DNA of 50,689 bases from Candidatus Methylomirabilota bacterium (GTDB taxonomy: Bacteria > Methylomirabilota > Methylomirabilia > Rokubacteriales > CSP1-6): positions 1-50,689 of the forward strand of contig DASRIY010000060.1 of assembly GCA_035649755.1 (NCBI GenBank). The letters are read 5' to 3'. The position numbers and the translations under genes were made by a program. The notes under the pieces were generated by a model. That model was not told where the DNA came from and searched no databases. It was given only the letters and a program-made list of their open reading frames with translations. Numbering within the stretch: the stretch's first letter is position 1; each line of letters starts with the position of its first letter. Shown here in pieces: positions 29,994 through 41,086 of the stretch.

Positions 29994-32093
29994 GTGAGTG
30001 ACCGGCTCGCTTTCTGCCTCGGCGTTCACAATCACCAGCCGATCGGCAACTTCGAACACGTCCTCGTCGAGGCGACGGAGCGCGCCTACCGTCCGTTCCT
30101 GGAGCGGCTGGAGGCGCGCCCGGAAGTCCGGGTGAGCGTGCACTGCACGGGCAGCCTGCTCGAGTGGCTGCGCCAGCGCGCGCCGCGCACCTTCGATCTG
30201 CTCGGCACCGTCGCGGCGCGAGGCCAGGTCGAGCTCCTGACCGGCGGATTCTACGAGCCGATCCTCGCCGTGCTGCCCGACCACGACAAGCTCGGACAGA
30301 TCGAGAAGCTGACCGCCTTCCTCAAGACGCATTTCGGCGTCCGGCCCCGCGGGATGTGGCTCGCCGAGCGCGTCTGGGAGCCGCACCTGGCGCGGGTCCT
30401 GAGCGAAGCGGGCGTCGAGTACGTGCTGGTGGACGACCACCACTTCGCGCTGGCCGGCCACGACGCCGACGCGCTGAGCGGCTACTACCTGACCGAGGAG
30501 CAGGGCGCCGTCCTGCGCGTCTTTCCCATCAACCAGCGCCTGCGCTACCTGATTCCGTTCGCTGACGTCGACCAGACGCTCGCCTATCTGGAAAGCCGGC
30601 GCGAGCGGGCGACGGCGATCACCATGGTCGACGACGGCGAGAAATTCGGGGTCTGGCCCGGCACGTACGCCCGTGTGTACGAGGACGGGTGGCTCGATCG
30701 CTTCTTCGATCGGCTGCTGTCGACGAGCTGGCTCGAGCTGACGACCCTCGGCGATGTCGTCGAGCGACGGCCGCCGAGCGACCGCGTCTATCTCCCGACC
30801 GCGTCCTATGGCGAGATGGGCGAGTGGGCGCTGCCTGTCGAGACGGCGCGCGAGCTCGCACACGCCCGTGAGGCGATCGGCCACCTCGCCGACGGCGAGC
30901 GCCTGGCGAGCTTGCTCCGCGGCGGCTTCTGGCGCGCCTTCCTGGTGAAGTACCCCGAGGTGGCCGACACCTACTGGAAGATGCTGCGCCTCTCGAAGGC
31001 GCTCCACGCGGCTCTCGGCCGCCGCCCCGACGATGCACACCTCGTGCGAGGCCAGGCCGCGCTCTGGCGCGGACAGGCCAACGACGCGTACTGGCACGGC
31101 GTGTTCGGCGGCTGCTACCTGCCGCATCTGCGCCGCGCCGTGAAAGGCGCGCTCCTGCAAGCGGAGCGGTCGCTGGTCGACGCGGGCGCCGCGCCCGCGG
31201 TCCTGTGGACGCGCGAGGACGGCAATGGCGACGGTCACGACGAGGTCTTCGTCCGCACGCGCGCGCTGGCCGCCACCGTCGCGCCCGACGCCGGCGGCAT
31301 GGTCACCGAGCTCGGCTACTATCGGGCGGAGCTCGACCTCGCCGACGTGCTGACGCGACGCCCCGAGGCCTATCACGATCAGGTCCGGGCGCGCGCGGCC
31401 GCCGACGCCTTGGGCGCCGCGCGCACGATCCACGACGCGGCCGCGCCCAAGGAAGCGGGACTCGACGCGCTGCTCGCGTACGACGCGCTCCGCCGCGGGT
31501 CGCTGATGGAGGGATTCTTCGACGACGGCTCGGTGCCGATCGATCCGGTTGCGCCCTGGGCAACAGCCCGTGACGTGATCGCCTCCTCGCCTCTCGACTG
31601 CGCCGTGCGGGAGGTGCCCGACGGCGGCGTCTCGATCGTGCTCAGTCGCTCCGCGGCCGGGGACCGGCCGGTGGCGCTCGAGAAGCGCATGACGATCCGC
31701 GACGAGACGCTCGAGGTCGTCTATCACCTGCGCCCGGCGGGCGGCGCACGGCTCAGGGGACGGTGGGCGGTGCAGTGGAACCTCACGCTCACGGCCGGCC
31801 ACGCCCCCGACCGCTATCTCGATCTCGCCGGGCGTCCCACGCTCGGCAGCACCGGACGCGAGGCCGGCCGCTCGGCGGTGACCATGGTCGACGAGTGGGC
31901 TGCCGTGGAGGCACGCCTGCAGTGGAGCCCGGCGGCCGAGCTGGGCTGGGGTCCCGTCGAGACCGTGTCCCTCTCCGAGGGCGGCTTCGAGCGCATCTAT
32001 CAGGGCACGGCGCTGCTGCTCGTCTGGCGCCTCGACGTCGCGCCCGGCGACGAATGCCATCTGACCGCAAGCCTGAGGCTCGCCCGCCGATGA
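29994..32093 (+). CDS. Glycoside hydrolase family 57 alpha-amylase/4-alpha-glucanotransferase-like protein
   Basis: LGVHNHQPIGNF...HCTGSLLEWL N-terminus, WLAERVWEP and DDGEKFG motifs typical of GH57, with a long C-terminal extension. Confidence 0.85.
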   Translation: MSDRLAFCLGVHNHQPIGNFEHVLVEATERAYRPFLERLEARPEVRVSVHCTGSLLEWLRQRAPRTFDLLGTVAARGQVELLTGGFYEPILAVLPDHDKLGQIEKLTAFLKTHFGVRPRGMWLAERVWEPHLARVLSEAGVEYVLVDDHHFALAGHDADALSGYYLTEEQGAVLRVFPINQRLRYLIPFADVDQTLAYLESRRERATAITMVDDGEKFGVWPGTYARVYEDGWLDRFFDRLLSTSWLELTTLGDVVERRPPSDRVYLPTASYGEMGEWALPVETARELAHAREAIGHLADGERLASLLRGGFWRAFLVKYPEVADTYWKMLRLSKALHAALGRRPDDAHLVRGQAALWRGQANDAYWHGVFGGCYLPHLRRAVKGALLQAERSLVDAGAAPAVLWTREDGNGDGHDEVFVRTRALAATVAPDAGGMVTELGYYRAELDLADVLTRRPEAYHDQVRARAAADALGAARTIHDAAAPKEAGLDALLAYDALRRGSLMEGFFDDGSVPIDPVAPWATARDVIASSPLDCAVREVPDGGVSIVLSRSAAGDRPVALEKRMTIRDETLEVVYHLRPAGGARLRGRWAVQWNLTLTAGHAPDRYLDLAGRPTLGSTGREAGRSAVTMVDEWAAVEARLQWSPAAELGWGPVETVSLSEGGFERIYQGTALLLVWRLDVAPGDECHLTASLRLARR

Positions 32094-33136
32094 CGCTCGA
32101 CGATCCAAAGCTCTTCGAGCGCGCCGACCCGCACCGGGCGCGCGACGTACTGACCGAGTTTCCGGCGCAGTGCCGCGCGGCGCTGAAGCTCTCCGCGACG
32201 CCCGCACTGTCGATCGCGCGGCCCACGCTCGTGGTGCTCGCGGGCATGGGCGGATCGGCGGCCGGGGCCGAGCTGATCGCGGGCTGCGCCGAGGCGAAGC
32301 TCGACGTGCCGATCATCGTCCACCGCGGATACGGGCTGCCGGCGGTCGCCGGCAAGCGCACGCTCGTCATCGCCTCGTCGTATTCCGGAAACACGGAGGA
32401 AGTGTTGTCGGCGGCCGAGACGGCACTCGAGCGCGACGTCCCGCTCGTCATGCTCACCGCCGGCGGCCGGCTGGAAGCCCTGGCGGCGGCACGCCGCCTG
32501 CCGCAAGTGAAGCTGCCCGACGGGCTCATGCCGCGCATGGCGCTCGGCTACCTGTTCTTCCCGGCGCTCCGCGTCCTGGCCGCCGCCGGGCTCGCCGTGG
32601 CGAGCGACGCGGAGATCGCCGAGGCGCTCGAGGTGGTGACCGCGCTCGCGGCCGAGCTGGCGCCGTCGCGAGGGGCGGCGCAGAACGAGGCCAAGCGCCT
32701 GGCGCTCGCTATCGGCACGCGGCTGCCGGCGTTCTACGGTGGTCCCTCGACCGGCGGCGTCGCTTACCGCTGGAAGACCGAGGTGGAGGAGAACGCCAAG
32801 CGGTTCGCGATCGCCGGCGTGCTACCGGAAATGAACCACAACGAGCTCGAGGCGTGGCGGGCTCCGGCCGTGGCCGAGATGCAGGCGGTCTTCCTCCGGG
32901 ACGTCGACGAGCCGCCGGCGATCGCCAAGCGCTTCGGGATCCTTCGTGCGCTGATCACGGCCGCCAACGGCGACATCAGCGAGTGCCGGGCGCGCGGCGC
33001 GGGGCGGCCGGCGCGGCTGCTCGGCCTGGCCTACCTGGGCGCGTGGACGAGCTACTACCTCGCGGTCAGCCGGGACACCGACCCATGGCCGATTCCGGCG
33101 CTCGATGAGATGAAGCGGAGGCTGGGAGCCCCTTAG
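32090..33136 (+). CDS. Bifunctional phosphoglucose/phosphomannose isomerase (SIS family)
   Basis: [11 protein letters not shown] and [11 protein letters not shown] motifs; 348 aa. The ATG overlaps the GH57 stop (ATGA). Confidence 0.8.
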   Translation: MTLDDPKLFERADPHRARDVLTEFPAQCRAALKLSATPALSIARPTLVVLAGMGGSAAGAELIAGCAEAKLDVPIIVHRGYGLPAVAGKRTLVIASSYSGNTEEVLSAAETALERDVPLVMLTAGGRLEALAAARRLPQVKLPDGLMPRMALGYLFFPALRVLAAAGLAVASDAEIAEALEVVTALAAELAPSRGAAQNEAKRLALAIGTRLPAFYGGPSTGGVAYRWKTEVEENAKRFAIAGVLPEMNHNELEAWRAPAVAEMQAVFLRDVDEPPAIAKRFGILRALITAANGDISECRARGAGRPARLLGLAYLGAWTSYYLAVSRDTDPWPIPALDEMKRRLGAP

Positions 33137-33152
33137 CCTCGTCCTCGATTCG

Positions 33153-33161
33153 TGTTAGAGT
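33153..33161 (+). promoter_or_regulatory. Extended -10 box TGtTAGAGT upstream of metK
   Basis: cgTGtTAGAGTgacg lies about 43 nt upstream of ATG 33205. The predicted leader contains the hairpin CCATCGCC-gga-GGCGATG and SD GGGAGG. Confidence 0.45.
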
Positions 33162-33204
33162 GACGGGACTTCCATCGCCGGAGGCGATGCGCGGGAGGAT
33201 GTCG

Positions 33205-34356
<1,152 letters not shown>

Positions 34357-34399
34357 CTCAGCACTCCTATCAAGGCCGCGCCGGTCCGGTCGTCCGCAC

Positions 34400-34430
34400 G
34401 AGACGCCGCGCCGGACCGCGGCGCTCTTCT
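34400..34430 (+). terminator. Terminator-like hairpin between metK and ahcY
   Basis: cgccgcg (34404-34410) pairs with cgcggcg (34417-34423). The stem is extendable by gag/ctc across a 1-nt bulge and is followed by the U-rich ttct. An alternative pairing (34382-34389 with 34411-34418) exists. Confidence 0.4.
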
Positions 34431-34455
34431 GACGGACGGGAAAGGACGAGGCTCC

Positions 34456-35715
<1,260 letters not shown>

Positions 35716-35734
35716 TCACTCGCCGCCGCGCGCC

Positions 35735-38443
35735 GTGAATCGCCCGCCGCCCGTCCTGCTGCTCCTGCTCGCGCTGCTGGCGCTCGCCATCGTCGCCCAG
35801 ATCGTGCCGCTGTACACGGACTGGCTCTGGTTCGGCGAGGTCGGCTACACGAGCGTGTTCGTCAAGATCCTCTCGCTCCGGGGCTCGCTCTTCGCGGCCC
35901 TGGCCGTCGCCGTGCTCGTCTTCCTCTACGCCAACCTGACCTTCGCCGCCCGTACCGCCGCGCCCGACGTCATCTGGGAGCTGGAGGACCAGCTCGGCCT
36001 GCCGAGCCGCGTGGTGATCGAGCCGCTGATCCGCCGCTTCCTGCCGGTCGTGGTGGCGCTGATCGCGCTGGCGTCCGGGATGCGAGCAACCGTGCACTGG
36101 GAGACGGTGCTCGGCTACGTCAACGCGGTACAGTTCGGCGCCATCGACCCGCTCTTCGGGCGCGACCTGAGCTTCTTCGTGTTCATCCTGCCGCTGTGGC
36201 GGCTCGTGTACGGCTGGGCCATCACCCTCGTCGTGGCGACGATCGTGCTCACGCTGGTCGTCTACGTGCTCCAGCGAAGCCTCGTGCTCACGAGCCGTGG
36301 GCCTCGGCTGGCCGCGGGCGCGCGTACGCACTTGTTGGTGCTGGGCGCCATCGCGCTCGCCCTCAAGGCGGTCGGCTTCTGGCTCGACCGGTTCGAGCTG
36401 GTTTTCTCGCCTCGCGGCATCGTCTTCGGCGCCGCCTACACCGACATCTACGCGTCGCTGCCCGTCCTGGGCGCCCTCGGGGTATTCGCCGCGCTCTGCG
36501 CGGTGGCGTGCCTGGCCCAGATCACGCGGGCGGGGCTCCGGCTGGTGGCCGGTGGCCTGATCGCGCTGGCGCTGGTGTGGGTGCTGGGCCTCGGCATCTA
36601 CCCGGCGCTGCTCCAACGCCTGCGGGTGACGCCCAACGAGCTCGTCGCCGAGCGGCCGTTCATCGAGCACAACATCCGCATGACGCGCCAGGCCTACGGC
36701 CTCGATCGCATCGTCGAGCGCGAGTTCCCGGCCGACGAGGCCCTGGACGCGCGGGCCCTCGAGCGCAATGCGGCGACGATCAAGAACATCCGCCTGTGGG
36801 ACTACCGGCCGCTCCTGCGCACGTTCGCGCAGCTGCAGGAGATCCGGACCTACTACAAGTTCGTCGACGTGGACAACGACCGCTACGTCGTGAACGGCGA
36901 GTACCGCCAGCTCATGCTGTCGCCGCGGGAGCTCTCGTACCAGCACCTGCCGTCCCGCATCTGGATCAACGAGCACCTGACGTTCACGCACGGCTACGGT
37001 GCCGTGGTCGGGCCGGTCAACCGCATCACCGCCGAGGGGTTGCCGGAGTTCCTGGTCAAGGACATCCCGCCCCAGTCGACCAGCGGCTTCCCGAAGATCA
37101 CGCGGCCGCAGATCTACTACGGCGAGGTCGCCAACGAGTACGTGCTGGTTAAGACGAAGTCGCAGGAGCTCGACTATCCCTCCGGCGACCAGAACGTCTA
37201 CGCGACCTACGCCGGCGCCGGCGGCATCCCGCTCTCGTCGTTCCTCCGCAAGGTGCTCTTCGCCGTGCGATTCGGCGAGATCAAGATGCTCCTGTCCAAC
37301 GATCTCACCGACCAGAGCCGGATCATGTTCTACCGAGCGGTTCCCGAGCGCGTCCGGCAGATCGCGCCGTTCTTCCGGTTCGACCGCGATCCGTACATGG
37401 TCATCGCCGACGACGGGCGCCTGATCTGGATACTGGACGGCTACACCACCACCAGCCGGTATCCCTACGCGGACCCGGTGCCGGGCATGGGCAACTACAT
37501 CCGCAACTCGGTGAAGGTCACCGTCGACGCCTACGACGGGACCGTGACGTTCTACCTGGCCGACCCGACCGACCCGATCGTCCGGGCGTATGGCGGCGCG
37601 TTTCCCGGGCTGCTCCGGCCGCTCGAGCAGATGCCGGAGGGGCTCCGCCGCCACCTTCGCTATCCCGAGGACTTCTTCGCCATCCAGGCGAGGAAGTACG
37701 CGAGCTACCACATGCTCGATCCTCAAGTGTTCTACAACAAGGAGGACCTCTGGGCGGTGCCGCGCCGGGCGATCGAGGGGCGCGACCGGGACATGGAGCC
37801 CTACTACACGATCATGCGGATGCCGGGTGAGCAGAAGGAGGAGTTCATCCTGCTCACGCTGTTCAACCCGGCTCGGCGCGACAACATGATCGCGTGGATG
37901 GCGGCCCGATCCGATCCGCCGCACTACGGCCGCCTGATCGTCTTCAACTTCCCCAAGCAGAAGCTCGTCTACGGCCCGCGGCAGATCGACGCGCGGATCG
38001 ACCAGGATCCCGTCATCTCGCAGCAGCTCGCCCTCTGGAACCAGCGCGGCTCGACGGTGATCCGCGGCTCCTTGCTGGCGATCCCCATCGACCAGTCCCT
38101 GGTCTACGTGCAGCCACTCTACCTGGCCGCTTCCGAGCAGGGGGCCTTGCCCGAGCTCCGCCGCGTGATCGTCGCCTACGGCAACCAGATCGCGATGGAG
38201 CCGACGCTCGAGCAGTCGCTCGCCCGCATCTTCGGGGGCCGCGCGGCGCCCGCCGCCCCGGCCGCGGCGGCGACGGACACGGCGACGGCCCCGGCCACGA
38301 CCGGAACGCGCCCGCTCGCCCAGCGCGCCTGGGAGATCTGGACGCGCGCGCAGGACGCGCTGCGCCGCGGGGACTGGGCCACCTACGGAGCCGAACAGAA
38401 GCGGCTGGAAGAGACGCTCCGCACCCTCAACCAGTCCAAGTGA
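35735..38443 (+). CDS. UPF0182-family large membrane protein (COG1615), unknown function
   Basis: LYTDWLWFGEVGYTSVF N-terminus, about 7 N-terminal TM helices, and a large soluble C-terminal region; 902 aa. Confidence 0.85.
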   Translation: MNRPPPVLLLLLALLALAIVAQIVPLYTDWLWFGEVGYTSVFVKILSLRGSLFAALAVAVLVFLYANLTFAARTAAPDVIWELEDQLGLPSRVVIEPLIRRFLPVVVALIALASGMRATVHWETVLGYVNAVQFGAIDPLFGRDLSFFVFILPLWRLVYGWAITLVVATIVLTLVVYVLQRSLVLTSRGPRLAAGARTHLLVLGAIALALKAVGFWLDRFELVFSPRGIVFGAAYTDIYASLPVLGALGVFAALCAVACLAQITRAGLRLVAGGLIALALVWVLGLGIYPALLQRLRVTPNELVAERPFIEHNIRMTRQAYGLDRIVEREFPADEALDARALERNAATIKNIRLWDYRPLLRTFAQLQEIRTYYKFVDVDNDRYVVNGEYRQLMLSPRELSYQHLPSRIWINEHLTFTHGYGAVVGPVNRITAEGLPEFLVKDIPPQSTSGFPKITRPQIYYGEVANEYVLVKTKSQELDYPSGDQNVYATYAGAGGIPLSSFLRKVLFAVRFGEIKMLLSNDLTDQSRIMFYRAVPERVRQIAPFFRFDRDPYMVIADDGRLIWILDGYTTTSRYPYADPVPGMGNYIRNSVKVTVDAYDGTVTFYLADPTDPIVRAYGGAFPGLLRPLEQMPEGLRRHLRYPEDFFAIQARKYASYHMLDPQVFYNKEDLWAVPRRAIEGRDRDMEPYYTIMRMPGEQKEEFILLTLFNPARRDNMIAWMAARSDPPHYGRLIVFNFPKQKLVYGPRQIDARIDQDPVISQQLALWNQRGSTVIRGSLLAIPIDQSLVYVQPLYLAASEQGALPELRRVIVAYGNQIAMEPTLEQSLARIFGGRAAPAAPAAAATDTATAPATTGTRPLAQRAWEIWTRAQDALRRGDWATYGAEQKRLEETLRTLNQSK

Positions 38444-39486
38444 AGCGTCGCCGGGGTCCGATTCGGAAGCGTCCCGGCGCGAGCCGGCTCAATGTCCTCG
38501 TCACGGTTCCCTTCGCCGAGCCACAGCTGGAGCGGCTGCGCCGGGTCTCGCCGCGTCTCACGGTGAGGCAGGCGAAGCCCGAGACCGCGGACTACACGAC
38601 GACCGACGTCCTCTACGCGGTGACGCTCCCGCGCGACCTGAGCCGCGCGCCGAGCCTCTCGTGGGTCCAGGTGCACATGGCCGGAGTCAACACCCTCTAC
38701 GACCATCCGGTCTACGCGAACGGCGCGATCGCCCTCACGACGGCGAGCGGCGTGCACGCGGCGACTGTCGCCGAATACGCGATGACGACGATCCTGGCGC
38801 TGGCGCACCGGGTGCCGCGGATGGTGGAGTGGCAGGGCAAGGGCGTTTGGCCGCCCGACGAGCAGCGCTGGCCGCTCTTCGTGCCGACGCCCCTGCGGGG
38901 CGCGACCCTCGGTCTGATCGGCTACGGCAGCATCGGACGCGAGCTGGCGCGCATCGCCAAGACCGCGTTCGCGATGACCGTGCTCGCGTGCAAGCGGGAT
39001 CCGAAGCGGCGCGCCGATGCCGGCTACTGTCCACCGGGCACGGGCGATCCGTCGGGCGCCCTACCGGACGCGTGGTTCGCTCCCGATCGCCTCGATGATC
39101 TGCTTGCCCGCTCGGACGTGGTCGTCATGTGCGCGCCGCTCACGCGCGAAACCCACCACATGATCGGCGCGCGTGAGCTCTCTGCCATGAAGCCCACGGC
39201 CTACTTCATCAACGTGGGGCGCGGGGCCAGCGTCGACGAGGACGCACTCGCGCAGGCCCTGAAGGCGCGGTACATCGCCGGAGCCGCGGTCGACGTCTTC
39301 GCGCAGGAGCCGCCGCCGGCCGGGCACCCGCTCTACACGGTCGACAACGTCATCGTCTCGCCGCACGTCTCGGGCTTCGTCGCGACCTACGACGACGACT
39401 GCTGCCGGCTCTTTGCGGAGAACCTGCGCCGCCGCCTCGCGGGCCGGCCGCTCCTGAATCTGGTCGACCGCGCGAAGGGCTACTAG
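38440..39486 (+). CDS. D-isomer-specific 2-hydroxyacid dehydrogenase-family protein
   Basis: GLIGYGSIGRELAR NAD-binding motif with the catalytic region ...NVGRG...SPHVSG. GTG 38440 overlaps the UPF0182 stop. Confidence 0.8.
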   Translation: MKRRRGPIRKRPGASRLNVLVTVPFAEPQLERLRRVSPRLTVRQAKPETADYTTTDVLYAVTLPRDLSRAPSLSWVQVHMAGVNTLYDHPVYANGAIALTTASGVHAATVAEYAMTTILALAHRVPRMVEWQGKGVWPPDEQRWPLFVPTPLRGATLGLIGYGSIGRELARIAKTAFAMTVLACKRDPKRRADAGYCPPGTGDPSGALPDAWFAPDRLDDLLARSDVVVMCAPLTRETHHMIGARELSAMKPTAYFINVGRGASVDEDALAQALKARYIAGAAVDVFAQEPPPAGHPLYTVDNVIVSPHVSGFVATYDDDCCRLFAENLRRRLAGRPLLNLVDRAKGY

Positions 39487-39755
39487 GCGCGCCCGCCGCG
39501 CGCGAGCGGCGGGCGGGGAACCGGGATGGGCGCGCCGCGGTCCCAGAGCTGACGCAAGAGGCTCAGCCGGACCTGCTCGAGCTTCTCGATGGCCTCGACC
39601 GCCGACGGCGCCTCGACGCGGCAGCCCGGAAGCTCCGGGTGCTCGGCGCACCTGAGCCACTCGCCCGCGCGCTCGACCGACTCGACCACGAGCAGGTAGG
39701 GCACCGCCTCGTAGTACGCGAGGTCCGGAGCGGGCGCGGGCGCCTCTTCGATCAC
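39483..39755 (-). CDS. HicB-like (UPF0150) small protein, with no HicA partner
   Basis: HPELPGCRVEAPSAVEAIEKLEQ matches the PxLPGC..G.T.EEA core of HicB-fold proteins. Its ATG overlaps the Rieske gene stop. Confidence 0.65.
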   Translation of the reverse strand: MIEEAPAPAPDLAYYEAVPYLLVVESVERAGEWLRCAEHPELPGCRVEAPSAVEAIEKLEQVRLSLLRQLWDRGAPIPVPRPPLARGGRA

Positions 39756-41059
39756 TGGGCGAAGGGCACCCAGGCGATGGGCACGCCCGAGTCGGACTGG
39801 CGCGACTTCTCGGTCGCCGAGATCCAGCTGTCACCCTCGGGCAGAAGCACCGAGGCCGGACGGACCCGGCACATGCTCCCGTCATCGACGTTCGCCGGCG
39901 CCACACCCTGATCGCGCAGCGCCCGGGCCGCCTCGATCAGCCGGCGCCGGACGTAGATGACCATGGCGTCCGTGGTGCCCAGGTGCTCCTGCGTCCGGTC
40001 GTAGATCGGCCCCATGGTCTCGGTCATCGCGCGGTCCTGTAGATTCACCAGGAACGGGATGCCGATCATCAGCTCCTCGCGGGCCAGCCGGCGGTCGACC
40101 AGGTAGTCGTTGTGGATGTTGGCCTTCGTGTAGTGGCGCGTGCGCGGATCGCTGGTCGACTCGAGGTAGCCGCCCCAGGCGGTGAACGGGTTCCTCGTCT
40201 GCTCCCGCTCCTGGTCGGTGATCGCGCGGTCGAGGCGGCCGCGCATCATGATCTGGAGGTTGTAGTTGTCGTCCAGCGGCACCCAGGCGCGCGCCGAGAC
40301 GGTGTTGGGATCGCTGGCCGCGATCATCGAGAAGAACGGCATGATGAACTGGGTGATCCGGTGCCAGAAGAGCCCGTCGACGTCCCAGCGCCGCCGGGCG
40401 GAGTAACAGGCGCCGTAATCCGTGGGCAGGACCTCGAGCCGCGGCTGCTTGTCCCGGTGGAAGGTGCCGCGCTGCTTGCTGTCGGGCCGGAGCTTGGCGT
40501 GCACGTAGTCGATGTGCGACGAGTCGATGTCGCCCTCGAGCGCCTGCACCCAGTTGCACTCCTCCATCATGACGAGCGGCGGGTAGACCTGCTCCGGCGG
40601 CAGCGTGTTGATCTCGAACGCGGGAAACGGCGGCGCCGCGTTCCGCGGGCCCATGTAGGTCCAGACGACGCCGTTCACGTCGCGGCACGGATAGGCGCGG
40701 GCGCGCACCTTGTCCTTGAAGAGGCTCTCGACGGGCTCGTTCGGCATGTCGACACAGCGGCCGGTCACGTCGAACTTCCAGCCGTGGTAGACGCAGCGAA
40801 GCCCGCACTCCTCGTTGCGGCCGAAGAAGAGCGAGGCGCCGCGGTGGGGGCAGTTCTCGCCCATCAGCCCCACGCGGCCCTGGGTGTCGCGAAACGCGAC
40901 CAGATCCTCGCCGAGGAGGCGCACCTTCTTGGGCGGGCCGTCGGGAGCCGGCAGCTCGCTGGACGGCAGGAAGGGCAGCCAGTACTGGCGGAGCAGCTCG
41001 CCCATCGGCGTGCCGCGACCCACGCGGCACAGGAGCTCGTTGTCTTCGCGCGAGAGCAT
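39752..41059 (-). CDS. Rieske [2Fe-2S] non-haem-iron oxygenase, phthalate-dioxygenase-like alpha subunit
   Basis: CPHRGASLFFGRNEECGLRCVYHGWKF Rieske motif and NWVQALEGDIDSSHIDYVH mononuclear-iron motif. SD GAGGGGG lies 7 nt upstream. Confidence 0.88.
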   Translation of the reverse strand: MLSREDNELLCRVGRGTPMGELLRQYWLPFLPSSELPAPDGPPKKVRLLGEDLVAFRDTQGRVGLMGENCPHRGASLFFGRNEECGLRCVYHGWKFDVTGRCVDMPNEPVESLFKDKVRARAYPCRDVNGVVWTYMGPRNAAPPFPAFEINTLPPEQVYPPLVMMEECNWVQALEGDIDSSHIDYVHAKLRPDSKQRGTFHRDKQPRLEVLPTDYGACYSARRRWDVDGLFWHRITQFIMPFFSMIAASDPNTVSARAWVPLDDNYNLQIMMRGRLDRAITDQEREQTRNPFTAWGGYLESTSDPRTRHYTKANIHNDYLVDRRLAREELMIGIPFLVNLQDRAMTETMGPIYDRTQEHLGTTDAMVIYVRRRLIEAARALRDQGVAPANVDDGSMCRVRPASVLLPEGDSWISATEKSRQSDSGVPIAWVPFAQ

Positions 41060-41086
41060 CGTCTTACCCCCTCGTGATTCTGGCTG

